Shown here one piece after another: positions 30,041-39,498 of a stretch of DNA of 64,000 nucleotides. The notes beneath the pieces are model-generated. The model made no database searches and was not told the origin of the DNA. It saw nothing but the letters and a program-made list of their open reading frames with translations. A program made the position numbers and the translations under genes. The stretch comes from Candidatus Culexmicrobium cathedralense (GTDB taxonomy: Archaea; Thermoproteota; Methanomethylicia; Culexarchaeales; Culexmicrobiaceae). The stretch lies in contig JANZKC010000001.1 in the NCBI GenBank assembly GCA_025061115.1, positions 672,001 to 736,000 of the forward strand, given 5' to 3'. The first letter of the stretch is position 1, and each line of letters opens with the position of its first letter.

Positions 30041-31426
30041 TTATGGGTGGTATGCTTTTTTGCCGCTTATTGATATGTATATTGTTTTGTTTGGTATTTT
30101 TGCTTGGGTGTGTAGGTTTCTTGCGTCTATGATTATTGTTGGTTTTTTGGCGTTTGCGACTAGGTCTTTTAGGTTTAGGTTTTTGTATTGGTTGTGGTCG
30201 GTTGCTATTATGATTGCGTCTGCGTTGTGGGTTGCGTTTTGGAGTGTTGTTAGTGGTATGTTGAGTTTGTTTAGTGTTGGGTTGCTTTTTACGTGTGGGT
30301 CGTGGACTGCTATGGTTGCTCCTTTTGTTTTGAGTATTTTTGCTATTTCTATTGCTGGTGATAGTCTTGTATCCGAAACATTACCTCTGAATGCTGCTCC
30401 TAGGATGGCTATTTTTGTTTTTTCTATGGGTTTTCTGAGTTTTTTGAGTTCTTGGGTTAGTAGGTTGACTGTGTAGGTTGGCATGTTTTTGTTTATTTGT
30501 CTGGCTGTTTTGGTTAGTGGGGTTTGGATGCCTAGTTTTTTGGCTGTGTTGATTATGTATTGGGGGTAGATTGGTATGCATGCTCCTCCTACTCCGCATC
30601 CTGGTATGTGGAGGTGGCAGTATGGTTGGCTGTTGCTTGCTTTTCTTATTTCCATGAAGTCTAGGTTTAGGGCTGCGCATAGTTTTGCTAGTTCGTTTGC
30701 TAGTGCGATGTTTACGTCTCGGTAGACTCCTTCGAATAGTTTTGCTAGTTCTGCTGCTGTTGGGCTGCTTAGGGTTATTACTCCTTTTTTGGCGATGCAT
30801 TCGTATAGGGCTGCTGCAGCCTTAGCGCTTTTGGGGCCGATTCCGCCTATTATTTTGGGGTAGTTTTCTTCGATGTCTTGGAGTGCTCTTCCTACCATTA
30901 TTCTTTCTGGGCTGAATGCTAGTCCGAATTGTTGTTCAGCTTTTAGTCCGCTTTGCTGTTCTAGGATTGGTTTTGCAAGTTCTTCTGTTGTTTTGGGTGG
31001 TACGCTGGATTCGATTATTACTAGGTCTCCTTCTTTTAGGCCTTGGGCTATTGCTGTTAGTGCTGATTTTAGTGCTGATAGATCTGCTTCTCCTTCGGGG
31101 GTGGTTAGGGTTGGTACGGTTATTAGTTTGACGTTGGATTGTTTGGATGCTTCTGCTCCATCGGTTGTTGCTTTGAACCTTTCTTTTTCAATGTATTCTA
31201 AGAGAATTGGTTTGATTTGGGGTTCGTCTGTGAATTGGAAGTTTTTTGAGTTTAATGCGTTTACCCAGTCTTGTCGTATGTCTACTCCTATTACTTTTGC
31301 TCCTGCTCTTAGCCATGCTGCTGCTAGTGGTAGGCCGACTCTTCCTAGGCCGTAGATCGATGCCACGATTCTTCCGCTTTTTAGGTTTTGCTTTAATTGA
31401 TTGGGGGTTAGTTTTAGGAGGTTCAT
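30041..31426 (-). CDS. Nucleotide-sugar dehydrogenase (UDP-HexNAc 6-dehydrogenase, WecC/WbpA family)
   Basis: GLGRVG, ESSVPP, FSPER, KLFE..YRDVNIALANE, GVGGACIP, D.R.SP. Confidence 0.9.
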   Translation of the reverse strand: MNLLKLTPNQLKQNLKSGRIVASIYGLGRVGLPLAAAWLRAGAKVIGVDIRQDWVNALNSKNFQFTDEPQIKPILLEYIEKERFKATTDGAEASKQSNVKLITVPTLTTPEGEADLSALKSALTAIAQGLKEGDLVIIESSVPPKTTEELAKPILEQQSGLKAEQQFGLAFSPERIMVGRALQDIEENYPKIIGGIGPKSAKAAAALYECIAKKGVITLSSPTAAELAKLFEGVYRDVNIALANELAKLCAALNLDFMEIRKASNSQPYCHLHIPGCGVGGACIPIYPQYIINTAKKLGIQTPLTKTARQINKNMPTYTVNLLTQELKKLRKPIEKTKIAILGAAFRGNVSDTRLSPAIEIAKILKTKGATIAVHDPHVKSNPTLNKLNIPLTTLQNATHNADAIIIATDHNQYKNLNLKDLVANAKKPTIIIDARNLHTQAKIPNKTIYISISGKKAYHP

Positions 31427-31652
31427 GGGGTCACCTATTAACTTTTTTTATCGTAAAACGAGTTAAAAATTGAGTTATTTAAGTGTTGCGCCATGAAAAA
31501 CTTGTGAATTTACTTGGATGCCACCATGAATTGCCGGGGAGCTTTGATATTAAGTGAGTTAAGATTCATTGATTCTGCTTAAATTGCATTTCTTGCGGCA
31601 TGTCATTAAACTATATAATTTTGGTGTATTCATGTAATTTTGCGCCGGTGAA

Positions 31653-32534
31653 ATGATGCGTTGGATGCTTAAGCCGGTTCTCATTGTTGGTTTCGGCCCG
31701 TTATGTGTTTCCTTGACTGGTAAGTTGGCTGAGAATGGCGCTTACATTTATCTTTGGAATCCTTTTGGTGGGGATTTTAGTTTTAGTGCGCCTAACGTTC
31801 ATGTTGTTGAGAAGGATGTTTCAAGTGTTTCTGGTCGGGAGTCGTTTTTGAAGAGGCCTACTTCAATATTCATAGCTCTTCCTGGCAGCGTGTTGGGCGA
31901 TTTGAATTTGCTTGAGGAGGTTTTGGGTAAGGTTTTGGGTGCTGCAAGTGATAGGAAGACTAGGTTTGTTGTTGCATTTCACTTTAATGGTGGGAGCCTC
32001 GATCTTCAAGCGGTGAGGGAGGCATTTGAGTTTTGCAGGAATAGCGATTGTAAGTATGGGTTTAACCTCGTTTTTAGGGAGGTTTATGGGCCGGGGGTTA
32101 AGGAGGGCTTCGTCTATAATGTGTTGAGGAAGTTTAAGGAGAATAGCATGGAGCTGCAGCTTAATGTTGATCCGGCTGAGGTTAGGGACTTCATGTATAT
32201 TGAGGATGCGGTTGCAGCTCTCTTAAAGTCGTGTGAGAAGGTTGATTCGTGGAGGCTTCAGGCAGTATCTGGATATGAAGCGAAGCTTATTCATGTGGTT
32301 AGGGGTTTAACTGCCCTTCTCGGCCTCGAAGGAATATGCAGCATCCGATTTTCGAGGAGGAAGTCGAGGAAGGTTGGGGAGGAGCTTGGCGGGGAGATTG
32401 AAGCTGCAGATTGGTTTAAGCCTAAGGTTAAGTTGCTTAATGGGTTGAAGTGGACTATTGACTGGTTTGAAGCTGAGTATGGACCAATACTGGTTTGCCC
32501 AAATAATAATCATTTGTATTTGGCTTTAAGTTAG
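31653..32534 (+). CDS. Degenerate NAD-dependent epimerase/SDR-like protein
   Basis: EVYGPG, RDFMYIEDAV, W.PKV.L..GL..TIDWF retained; GxxGxxG and YxxxK eroded. Confidence 0.65.
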   Translation: MMRWMLKPVLIVGFGPLCVSLTGKLAENGAYIYLWNPFGGDFSFSAPNVHVVEKDVSSVSGRESFLKRPTSIFIALPGSVLGDLNLLEEVLGKVLGAASDRKTRFVVAFHFNGGSLDLQAVREAFEFCRNSDCKYGFNLVFREVYGPGVKEGFVYNVLRKFKENSMELQLNVDPAEVRDFMYIEDAVAALLKSCEKVDSWRLQAVSGYEAKLIHVVRGLTALLGLEGICSIRFSRRKSRKVGEELGGEIEAADWFKPKVKLLNGLKWTIDWFEAEYGPILVCPNNNHLYLALS

Positions 32535-34045
32535 GATAGGCGCGCCATTTTCTTTAGCTCGTTAATTGCATCTTTAAATAGCCTTCTAACCTCTCCGTCT
32601 AGGATTGCTATTAATGTGAAGTATATTGCTGCGCCTATGGCTACCCCCATTATCGCCAGCTTGAAGGCTTCAACAAAAACCTTGCATTCGACCTGCCCAA
32701 TTCCCAGAAGCCATAAAACTGCAAGCATCACTAGGGATGAGGCAGTGTACTTCATGATGCTCGTTAGTGGAAGTTTGAAGTCGATTTCCCTGCTCAGCTT
32801 AAACGCGTAGATGAGCATGGTTAATGCGTCGAAAACCGCCTTAACTCCAATCCACATGAAAACTATGGTTATTGGGTCGCTCACCGAGGTCGACGTGATG
32901 TAGAGTACGAGCCCCAGTGCTGCCAGGTAGGCTATGCGAGTTATGAGGCGTATGGATGGGACGTAGAAGAGCTTGCTCTTAATGTAGTCCTTGAATGAAA
33001 CGTTTTCGAATAGCTCAATTCTCTCTATTCCTGCTAGGCTGCCTGCGAATAGGTTGGTTAAGCTTAAGAGTAGAGCTTGAATTGCAGCTACTGAAAGTGC
33101 GCTTGCTGAGGCGATGTAGGCGGGCTTTAGGAGTGAGAGGAAGACCTTCGACATTGCGATTGTTCCAGCCGCCATTGGAATTGCGAACATCAGCATGAAG
33201 CTCATGGCAACTTCAATGTCCCTGCCAGTTCCGCCGCTTAGGAGCTTGGGGTACAGGGCGCTGGTTAATGCGTTCGAGTAGAGTATAACTGCAATAACTG
33301 TTTGGACGGCTTTCATGTGGGCTGCTGGAACTGAACCTATTAGGTAGGTTATCAGCATCACGTCAGCAGTGTTCATGTATGCTGGTAAGAGCCCATATGC
33401 GGGAAGCCACCAAAGCTTAATCCACTTCTTAGCCATTTCCGGGTTGAAGCTTCCCTTCAAATCCTCCCGAAGATATAATGCGAGGAAAAGGACGTAGGCG
33501 TACTTGGCGGCTATGAAGGCAAGCATTGCTCCTGGGAGGCCCATTCTCCACTGAACGACGAGGAAGTAGCCTGCAATTAGCTTGGAGGTTTCAAGTATTA
33601 GCTGCCCATACCCATATGCTTGAGGGGCGACGCCGCTTGCTAAAGCTACTAGGGTTGAGGTGAAGTATTCAGCGGGAATTTGAAGTGCAACTAGCATAAT
33701 TATAAACTGTAGATATTCGTATTCGCTTGCAGGATACATCACGTATGGAGAGGCAGCTGAATACACGAGCAGGGAGACGATCATGACTATCGAGTTAACT
33801 ATTAATCCGGTTTTACCAACTCTGAATCCCCTGCCGGCATATCTTGTGAGCCAGTAGTTGGTCATGGCTGCAGGAATAACCAGGTATTGGACTACGACTC
33901 CAATGTAGTACCATAAGCCGAATTCGGCTTCGGGAAGCCTCCTCGAAGTCATGGTTACGAACATCATTCCGGTGAAGACGCTGATCAAGTTTGAAGCGAA
34001 GTTGACCAGACCTGCATATCTCAGTCGAATCTCTCTTTTCCTCAT
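32531..34045 (-). CDS. Oligosaccharide flippase / polysaccharide biosynthesis membrane protein
   Basis: About 14 TM helices, MOP-like ALYPKLL motif, glycan locus context. Confidence 0.75.
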   Translation of the reverse strand: MRKREIRLRYAGLVNFASNLISVFTGMMFVTMTSRRLPEAEFGLWYYIGVVVQYLVIPAAMTNYWLTRYAGRGFRVGKTGLIVNSIVMIVSLLVYSAASPYVMYPASEYEYLQFIIMLVALQIPAEYFTSTLVALASGVAPQAYGYGQLILETSKLIAGYFLVVQWRMGLPGAMLAFIAAKYAYVLFLALYLREDLKGSFNPEMAKKWIKLWWLPAYGLLPAYMNTADVMLITYLIGSVPAAHMKAVQTVIAVILYSNALTSALYPKLLSGGTGRDIEVAMSFMLMFAIPMAAGTIAMSKVFLSLLKPAYIASASALSVAAIQALLLSLTNLFAGSLAGIERIELFENVSFKDYIKSKLFYVPSIRLITRIAYLAALGLVLYITSTSVSDPITIVFMWIGVKAVFDALTMLIYAFKLSREIDFKLPLTSIMKYTASSLVMLAVLWLLGIGQVECKVFVEAFKLAIMGVAIGAAIYFTLIAILDGEVRRLFKDAINELKKMARLS

Positions 34046-34124
34046 CGAGGCATCCCAACTTGCAAATCACTAGCGCTAAATTTTTAGTGTAAGATAAATT
34101 TAATGCTTAATACCTGCTGAGCTG

Positions 34125-35141
34125 GTGTTGAGGTTGGAGCTGCTGCTCAACTTAGTGATTGCACTTGCAGCCTCATTTGCAGCTACGTTCATAGCCATGC
34201 CATTGTTAATGAAGTTCCTCCGGGAAAGAGGCATAGTCGGCATTGACGTTCATAAGCCGAGCAGGCCTGAAGTCCCTGAAATGGGCGGCATAGGAATAGT
34301 TTTTGGGTTGTTCATTGGAGTACTCGCCTCAATGTGGGTGGGTAGCTGGGCTAAGTACTTGGCCTTCCTAACTACAGTTGCATTCACAGCCCTCATTGGA
34401 TTGATAGATGATTTGTATACGCTTAGAGCTAAGGTTAAGACTGCACTTACAGTTTTGGCCTTCGCTCCCCTCCTAATTTTCTCAATGATGTTTCCAAGTC
34501 AAATTGTGCTGGGCAGGCCTGAGCTTCCATTCATTGGGAGGCTTAGGCTCACAATAGTTTACTGGCTTCTATTGCCCTTTGCAATTGCAGTTCCAGCTAA
34601 TGCGGTTAACATGATGGACACTTATAATGGGGTTATGTCGGGCTCCTGCGCGATGGCTTCACTTTCACTGCTCATAGCCTGCGCGATTTTGGGGAGGGTT
34701 GAAGCGGCATTGATGTCTGCAGCTCTACTTGGAGCTCTATTGGCATTCTACTGGTATAATAGGTATCCGGCGAGGGTGTTTGCGGGGGATGTTGGAAGCC
34801 TATCTGTTGGAGCTGCAATTGGAGCAATTGCAGTTATAGGGAGAGTTGAAGTGGTGAGCATAACGGTTCTCATGCCATTCATCATGAATGCATTTCACTC
34901 CCTAACAAGTTTGGGAGGCCTCTTGGAGAGGAGGGAAATTAAGGAGAGGCCTGTAATTGTTGGGGAAGGCGGAGTTTTACGGGCCAACTTAAATAAGGGT
35001 GCGCCCGCAACCCTAGCTAACCTACTTCTCCGCAAGGGGCCGGCAACCGAAATTGAGTTGGTGAGGGCATACCACGTGCTGGCTGCAACAGCAAGCATTC
35101 TCGGAGTATTAACGGCGCTGCTCATGGGGGTTAGAATGTGA
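34125..35141 (+). CDS. aglH: UDP-GlcNAc:dolichyl-phosphate GlcNAc-1-phosphotransferase (MraY/GPT family)
   Basis: GIDVHKP...PEMGG, GLIDD, NAVNMMD..NG, NRYPARVFAGDVGS. Confidence 0.88.
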   Translation: MLRLELLLNLVIALAASFAATFIAMPLLMKFLRERGIVGIDVHKPSRPEVPEMGGIGIVFGLFIGVLASMWVGSWAKYLAFLTTVAFTALIGLIDDLYTLRAKVKTALTVLAFAPLLIFSMMFPSQIVLGRPELPFIGRLRLTIVYWLLLPFAIAVPANAVNMMDTYNGVMSGSCAMASLSLLIACAILGRVEAALMSAALLGALLAFYWYNRYPARVFAGDVGSLSVGAAIGAIAVIGRVEVVSITVLMPFIMNAFHSLTSLGGLLERREIKERPVIVGEGGVLRANLNKGAPATLANLLLRKGPATEIELVRAYHVLAATASILGVLTALLMGVRM

Positions 35142-35389
35142 ATGCATTTCGGAGGAGCTTCGAGCTGACGCTAATCATGATAGTGGTTTGGCTTAGCATG
35201 CTACTTGTATTCATAATTATAGATCGGGTTGTAGTTCCAATCTCAATTCCAAAGCCAAACTACGTGTTCAGGCTTTTGGAAGCAGTCATTAAGCTGGCTG
35301 CAGCTGGAGCAATTGCACTTGCATGGCTTGGAATGTGGAGCTACTTGGTCAAAATTTATAGGAGGAAAGCTAAGCCTAGTGGAGAGTGA
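35138..35389 (+). CDS. Small two-TM membrane protein
   Basis: GTGA overlap with aglH; two hydrophobic helices. Confidence 0.65.
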   Translation: MNAFRRSFELTLIMIVVWLSMLLVFIIIDRVVVPISIPKPNYVFRLLEAVIKLAAAGAIALAWLGMWSYLVKIYRRKAKPSGE

Positions 35390-36188
35390 ACTTCTCGCCT
35401 GAAGCCCACCTCTTCTCGAAGGCGTCGAGAAATACGCAGATTAACCCCCTATTCTCCGTGTAGTGGGGCCTGTAGAGAACCGGCCTCCAATAATGCTCCT
35501 CCTCCTCGGCGGCCCAAATTAGGAATATTAACTTAGACCTATCGGCAATAACACCTCTAGTCGGATACCACTTTTCAGGTGCAACTTTAACTTCAGCCCC
35601 CATCCTAACGAGCCTTTCAGCTCTCCTTCTAGCCTCGGGGGTTGATGTGCACATTAAAACTCTAACCTTCACTCCGCGCTTAATTGCATCCCTAATTTCC
35701 CTCTCAACCTTGGGGAACCACGAGAACAGCTCGGTGAATATTAGGACTTCCTCCCTAGCCATGCTAATGATCTCCATAGTTCTAACTTCCATTTCATAGA
35801 GGTCTGCAAGCGGCTCCAGCAGCTCCTCAGGCTTAATTCTCAACCTATTTCTCCAATATATTTCCTCGAGCTCCCCCTCCATTTCGCTGAAGATCTCCTT
35901 CATTCGCTTAAGCTCCTCACTTAAAATCGACTCCCTATACTTCACGTACTGCTCGAAGGCTTTCTTAGGCGCAATGGCTTCAAACCTCCTAGGCCTTCCA
36001 GGGAGGATTTTCACGAAGCCCTTCTCGGCGAGAAGCTCAAGTATCCCATAAACTCTTGGAAGCGGAACTTTAGAGTAGCTGCTGACCTCCTCTGCTGTTA
36101 GCTCAGCCCTATCAAGCAGCGCTATGTAGGCCTTAGCCTCATACTCGGTTAGCCCCAAGCTTTTAAGTTTACTTATAAGCTCGGTCAT
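35376..36188 (-). CDS. TrmB-family transcriptional regulator
   Basis: LGLTEYEAKAYIALL, VPLPRVYGILELLAEKGFV, C-terminal PLD-like effector domain. Confidence 0.9.
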   Translation of the reverse strand: MTELISKLKSLGLTEYEAKAYIALLDRAELTAEEVSSYSKVPLPRVYGILELLAEKGFVKILPGRPRRFEAIAPKKAFEQYVKYRESILSEELKRMKEIFSEMEGELEEIYWRNRLRIKPEELLEPLADLYEMEVRTMEIISMAREEVLIFTELFSWFPKVEREIRDAIKRGVKVRVLMCTSTPEARRRAERLVRMGAEVKVAPEKWYPTRGVIADRSKLIFLIWAAEEEEHYWRPVLYRPHYTENRGLICVFLDAFEKRWASGEKFTLH

Positions 36189-36255
36189 CGGTTAAAGGTT
36201 TGAAGAAAACTTATATATTTTATATTTCACCGAGTTTATAGAAAAACCAGTTAAT

Positions 36256-37323
36256 TTGGTGCTCCCAATGATCATGTGGCTTGATGCATTGACGCCGAAG
36301 CAAGCGCAGTTAATGATGGCGGTCAAAGCCGAGCTCGAGGAGGAAGGGTGGAAGGCGATCATAACGACTAGGAGGCACGACTACACTCTAGACATATTCA
36401 AGCTTAAAGGTGAGGAGCCAATTGTTGTTGGAGAGTATGGCGGGGAGAGGCTGGAGGGCAAGTTGGAAGCAAGCTTGAAGAGGAGCTTAAAGCTTCTTGA
36501 AGCCATTGCAGCCCTCCCCGAAAAGCCCAAGCTTCACATTTCACTTTCATCTCCAGAGGCTGTGAGGGTCGCATTTGGACTCAAGATTCCAATAATTCTA
36601 TTCAATGACACACCCCACTCAATATTCGTGAATAGGCTTACGCTTCCACTGGCAGTTAAAGTCGTAGTTCCGGAGGCAATACCCAAGAGGGCGTTCTCCT
36701 ACGCCGTCCCTGAAAGTAGGATTGCCCACTACCATGGAGTGGATGAAGTGGCGTGGATTAGGAATTTCAAGCCAAACCCCGCCGTCCTAGATGAGCTCGG
36801 GTTGAGCATGGACGACGACATAGTCGTGGTTAGGAGCGAGGAGGCTAAGGCTTCATACTACCCGAAGTTGAAGGTCCCCCCAACAATCAAGCTTATAGGT
36901 GAACTAATCAAGCTGGAGGACGTCAAGATAGTTTACTTCACGAGGTATTGGGATCAGAAGAGAGCTGCTCTGAAGATGTTCCCCAACCTAATTATTCCAG
37001 AAAGAGCTGTGGATGGGCCAAGCCTAATCGCCTACTCAAAATTGGTGGTTACTGGCGGAGGAACCATGGCTAGGGAGGGAGCCCTGCTTGGAGTTCCATC
37101 AATATCCGTGTTTCCCGCAATGCTGCATGTAAACGAGTGGCTTAGGGATAAGGGGTACCCAATATGGTGGCTTAGGAGGGTTGATGAGGCGATTGATCAA
37201 GCCTTGAGGATTTTGAGGGATCCTGACAAGTTTAGGATTGACACTCGCAAAATGCTCTTGGAGCTTGAAAGCCCAGCTGAAGCTTTAATTAGAGTTTTGG
37301 AGGAGGTGAAGGTTCTTGGATAA
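36256..37323 (+). CDS. DUF354 GT-B fold protein
   Basis: WLDALTPKQ, SPEAVRVAFGL, TGGGTMAREGALLGVP. Confidence 0.85.
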   Translation: MVLPMIMWLDALTPKQAQLMMAVKAELEEEGWKAIITTRRHDYTLDIFKLKGEEPIVVGEYGGERLEGKLEASLKRSLKLLEAIAALPEKPKLHISLSSPEAVRVAFGLKIPIILFNDTPHSIFVNRLTLPLAVKVVVPEAIPKRAFSYAVPESRIAHYHGVDEVAWIRNFKPNPAVLDELGLSMDDDIVVVRSEEAKASYYPKLKVPPTIKLIGELIKLEDVKIVYFTRYWDQKRAALKMFPNLIIPERAVDGPSLIAYSKLVVTGGGTMAREGALLGVPSISVFPAMLHVNEWLRDKGYPIWWLRRVDEAIDQALRILRDPDKFRIDTRKMLLELESPAEALIRVLEEVKVLG

Positions 37324-38269
37324 AGTTAGGGTTGCAGTTATTGGATGCGGCTTTTGGGGGAGAAATCACCTAAGAGTTTTCAGTGAAATTCCAAGTGCGG
37401 AGCTGGTAGCAGCTGCAGATATAGATCCTGAAAGGGCAAGATTCGCTGAGGAGAGGTATGGCGTCAAAGCATACTTGAAGTTTGAGGAAATGCTTGAAAG
37501 GGAGGGGATTGATGCAGTAACCATATGCACTCCATCAATAACCCACACTGAAGTTGCTTTAAAGTGCATTGAAGCCGGCGTCCACGTCCTAGTTGAAAAG
37601 CCGATGACGACGAGCGTTGAGGATGGAGTTAAATTAATTGAGGCGGCAAGGGAGAGAGGCATTCACTTACTGGTTGGGCATATTGAGAGATTTAATCCAG
37701 GAGTGCAGAGGGTTAAGGGCTACATTGATGAGGGGAAGGTTGGGCAAGTTGTTCTCATTTCATCGAAAAGGGTTTCTCGATGGCCGATTAGAATTGGCGA
37801 TGTAGGAGTTGTGAAGGATTTAGCAATCCACGATGTGGACATCGTTAGGTTTCTCACGGGGAAGGACCCAGTTGAAGTATATGCGATTGCAGGCAGCATT
37901 CAGCACAAGTATGAGGATTATGCAAGCATAGTTTTGAGGTTTCAGGGACTACCAGTTGCATTTATTGAAGCTAACTGGCTTACACCCAGGAAGTTGAGGA
38001 AGCTAACGGTGACTGGAAGTGAGGGGGTAATATCCTTGGACTACTTGTCTCAGGAGACGACCATCATGAACTCCCACGGGATCTTCATTCCCATAACTCC
38101 ATGGGAGGAGCCGCTGAAGAAGGAGCTCACCCACTTCGTAAATGTGGTTTTGGGATTGGAGAAGCCGCTGATAAGCGGCTTGGATGGATTGATGGCAGTC
38201 TACATATGCGAAATGGCTCTCAAATCAGCTTCAACAGGCTCCCCAATAAGGTTGAAAGCGCCAATTTAG
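37316..38269 (+). CDS. Gfo/Idh/MocA oxidoreductase (UDP-GlcNAc(A) 3-dehydrogenase-like)
   Basis: GCGFWG, VEKP, GHIERFNP, DLAIHD, NWLTP.K.R. Confidence 0.88.
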   Translation: MDKVRVAVIGCGFWGRNHLRVFSEIPSAELVAAADIDPERARFAEERYGVKAYLKFEEMLEREGIDAVTICTPSITHTEVALKCIEAGVHVLVEKPMTTSVEDGVKLIEAARERGIHLLVGHIERFNPGVQRVKGYIDEGKVGQVVLISSKRVSRWPIRIGDVGVVKDLAIHDVDIVRFLTGKDPVEVYAIAGSIQHKYEDYASIVLRFQGLPVAFIEANWLTPRKLRKLTVTGSEGVISLDYLSQETTIMNSHGIFIPITPWEEPLKKELTHFVNVVLGLEKPLISGLDGLMAVYICEMALKSASTGSPIRLKAPI

Positions 38270-38280
38270 GGGGAGGCCCA

Positions 38281-39498
38281 TTGAAGGGGGTTGTTCTGGC
38301 GGCAGGATTGGGAAGCAGGCTTAACCCACTAACGGCAACGCGGCCAAAGCACCTACTCCCACTGGCTGGAAGGCCAATACTGGAGCACGTGATAATGGCG
38401 CTTAAGGAGGCAGGAGTGGAGGAAATTGGAGTTGTTGTCCACTACTTCAAGGAGAAGATCATGAAGATCCTTGGAGGCGGAGAGAATTACGGCGTCAAGC
38501 TAACCTACATCGACCAGGGAAGCGCGAGGGGGACTGCCCACGCAATAATGGCTGCGGAAAAGTACGTTGGAGATGAAAGGTTCATCGTCGCATATGGAGA
38601 TGTGACCGCCAGGGCCAGCATCATAAAGCAGGCCTTGAAGCTCCACGATGCGGCGGGGGTAGCAGCAACAATGATTTCAGTTGAGGTTGAGGACCCATGG
38701 AATTACGGCGTGCTCTCAATCGATCAAGATGGATTTCTAATCAAGGTTGTTGAAAAGCCTAGGAAGGGGGAGGAGCCAAGCAACCTGATAAACGCTGGAA
38801 TATACGTCTTGGAGGGAGGGAAGGTCTTCAAGCTCATAGGTCAAACTCCCGTATCGCCCAGAGGGGAAATCGAATTCACCGACACCCTGCAGCTACTAGT
38901 CAATAGGGGGGAAAGAGTTGCGGTTCTAAGGACTAGTCGAGAATGGTGGTTTGACATTGGAAGGCCCTGGGACCTACTGGATGCAAACAGGGCAATGCTA
39001 AGGGAGCTTGCTGAAAGCGAGGGGTGGAAGGGCGGAGTTAAGGTTGACGCTTCCGCTAAGCTGGAGAAAGGCGTTAAATTGCTGCCTCCAGTAGTAATTG
39101 GAGGAAAATGCACAATTAAGGAGGGAAGCGTAATAGGCCCATACACGGTCATATGCGATGAAGTGGAAGTGGGAGTTAAGAGCAGAATTGAGAATAGCGT
39201 AATCCTAGGTGGAACCATCATAGAGAATAGCTGTAAGATATCCCACAGCATCATTGGAGGAAACTGCATAATTGAAAGTGAAGTGGAGTTTCAAAGCAAA
39301 AACCCCGATGGGTCAAACGTGTACATGACAATTAAGGGAGTTAGGGTGAATAGTGGAAGAAAAATATTGGGCTCAGTTGTGGGCGACCTCTCCTTCGTTG
39401 GAAGGGGGGCCATCATAGCCCCCGGCACGTCGATTTTTCCGAGGTCGGTTGTGCCGAGGAGGAGATTGGTTCTCGGCGACGTGAGCTACTCGCCTTGA
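38281..39498 (+). CDS. glmU: Bifunctional sugar-1-phosphate nucleotidylyltransferase/acetyltransferase (archaeal GlmU-like)
   Basis: LAAGLGSRL.P.T..RPK, VEKP, RGEIEFTD, hexapeptide repeats; likely start TTG 38281 after GGAGG. Confidence 0.82.
   Translation: MKGVVLAAGLGSRLNPLTATRPKHLLPLAGRPILEHVIMALKEAGVEEIGVVVHYFKEKIMKILGGGENYGVKLTYIDQGSARGTAHAIMAAEKYVGDERFIVAYGDVTARASIIKQALKLHDAAGVAATMISVEVEDPWNYGVLSIDQDGFLIKVVEKPRKGEEPSNLINAGIYVLEGGKVFKLIGQTPVSPRGEIEFTDTLQLLVNRGERVAVLRTSREWWFDIGRPWDLLDANRAMLRELAESEGWKGGVKVDASAKLEKGVKLLPPVVIGGKCTIKEGSVIGPYTVICDEVEVGVKSRIENSVILGGTIIENSCKISHSIIGGNCIIESEVEFQSKNPDGSNVYMTIKGVRVNSGRKILGSVVGDLSFVGRGAIIAPGTSIFPRSVVPRRRLVLGDVSYSP

Noticed and set aside
21000-31430. 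Many plus-strand F/V/L/C/G-rich ORFs and alternative-frame N/H/Q/T-rich ORFs (e.g. 28582-29727, 26520-27056)
   Set aside because: Shadows of real minus-strand genes; the G+T skew depletes stop codons.
36189-36255. TGM-like TrmB site (TTTCAC-N5-TTATA)
   Set aside because: Too poor a match to TATCAC-N5-GTGATA.
38101-38280. 60-aa N-terminal extension of the GlmU-like ORF
   Set aside because: Overlaps the upstream gene; RBS and homology start at 38281.
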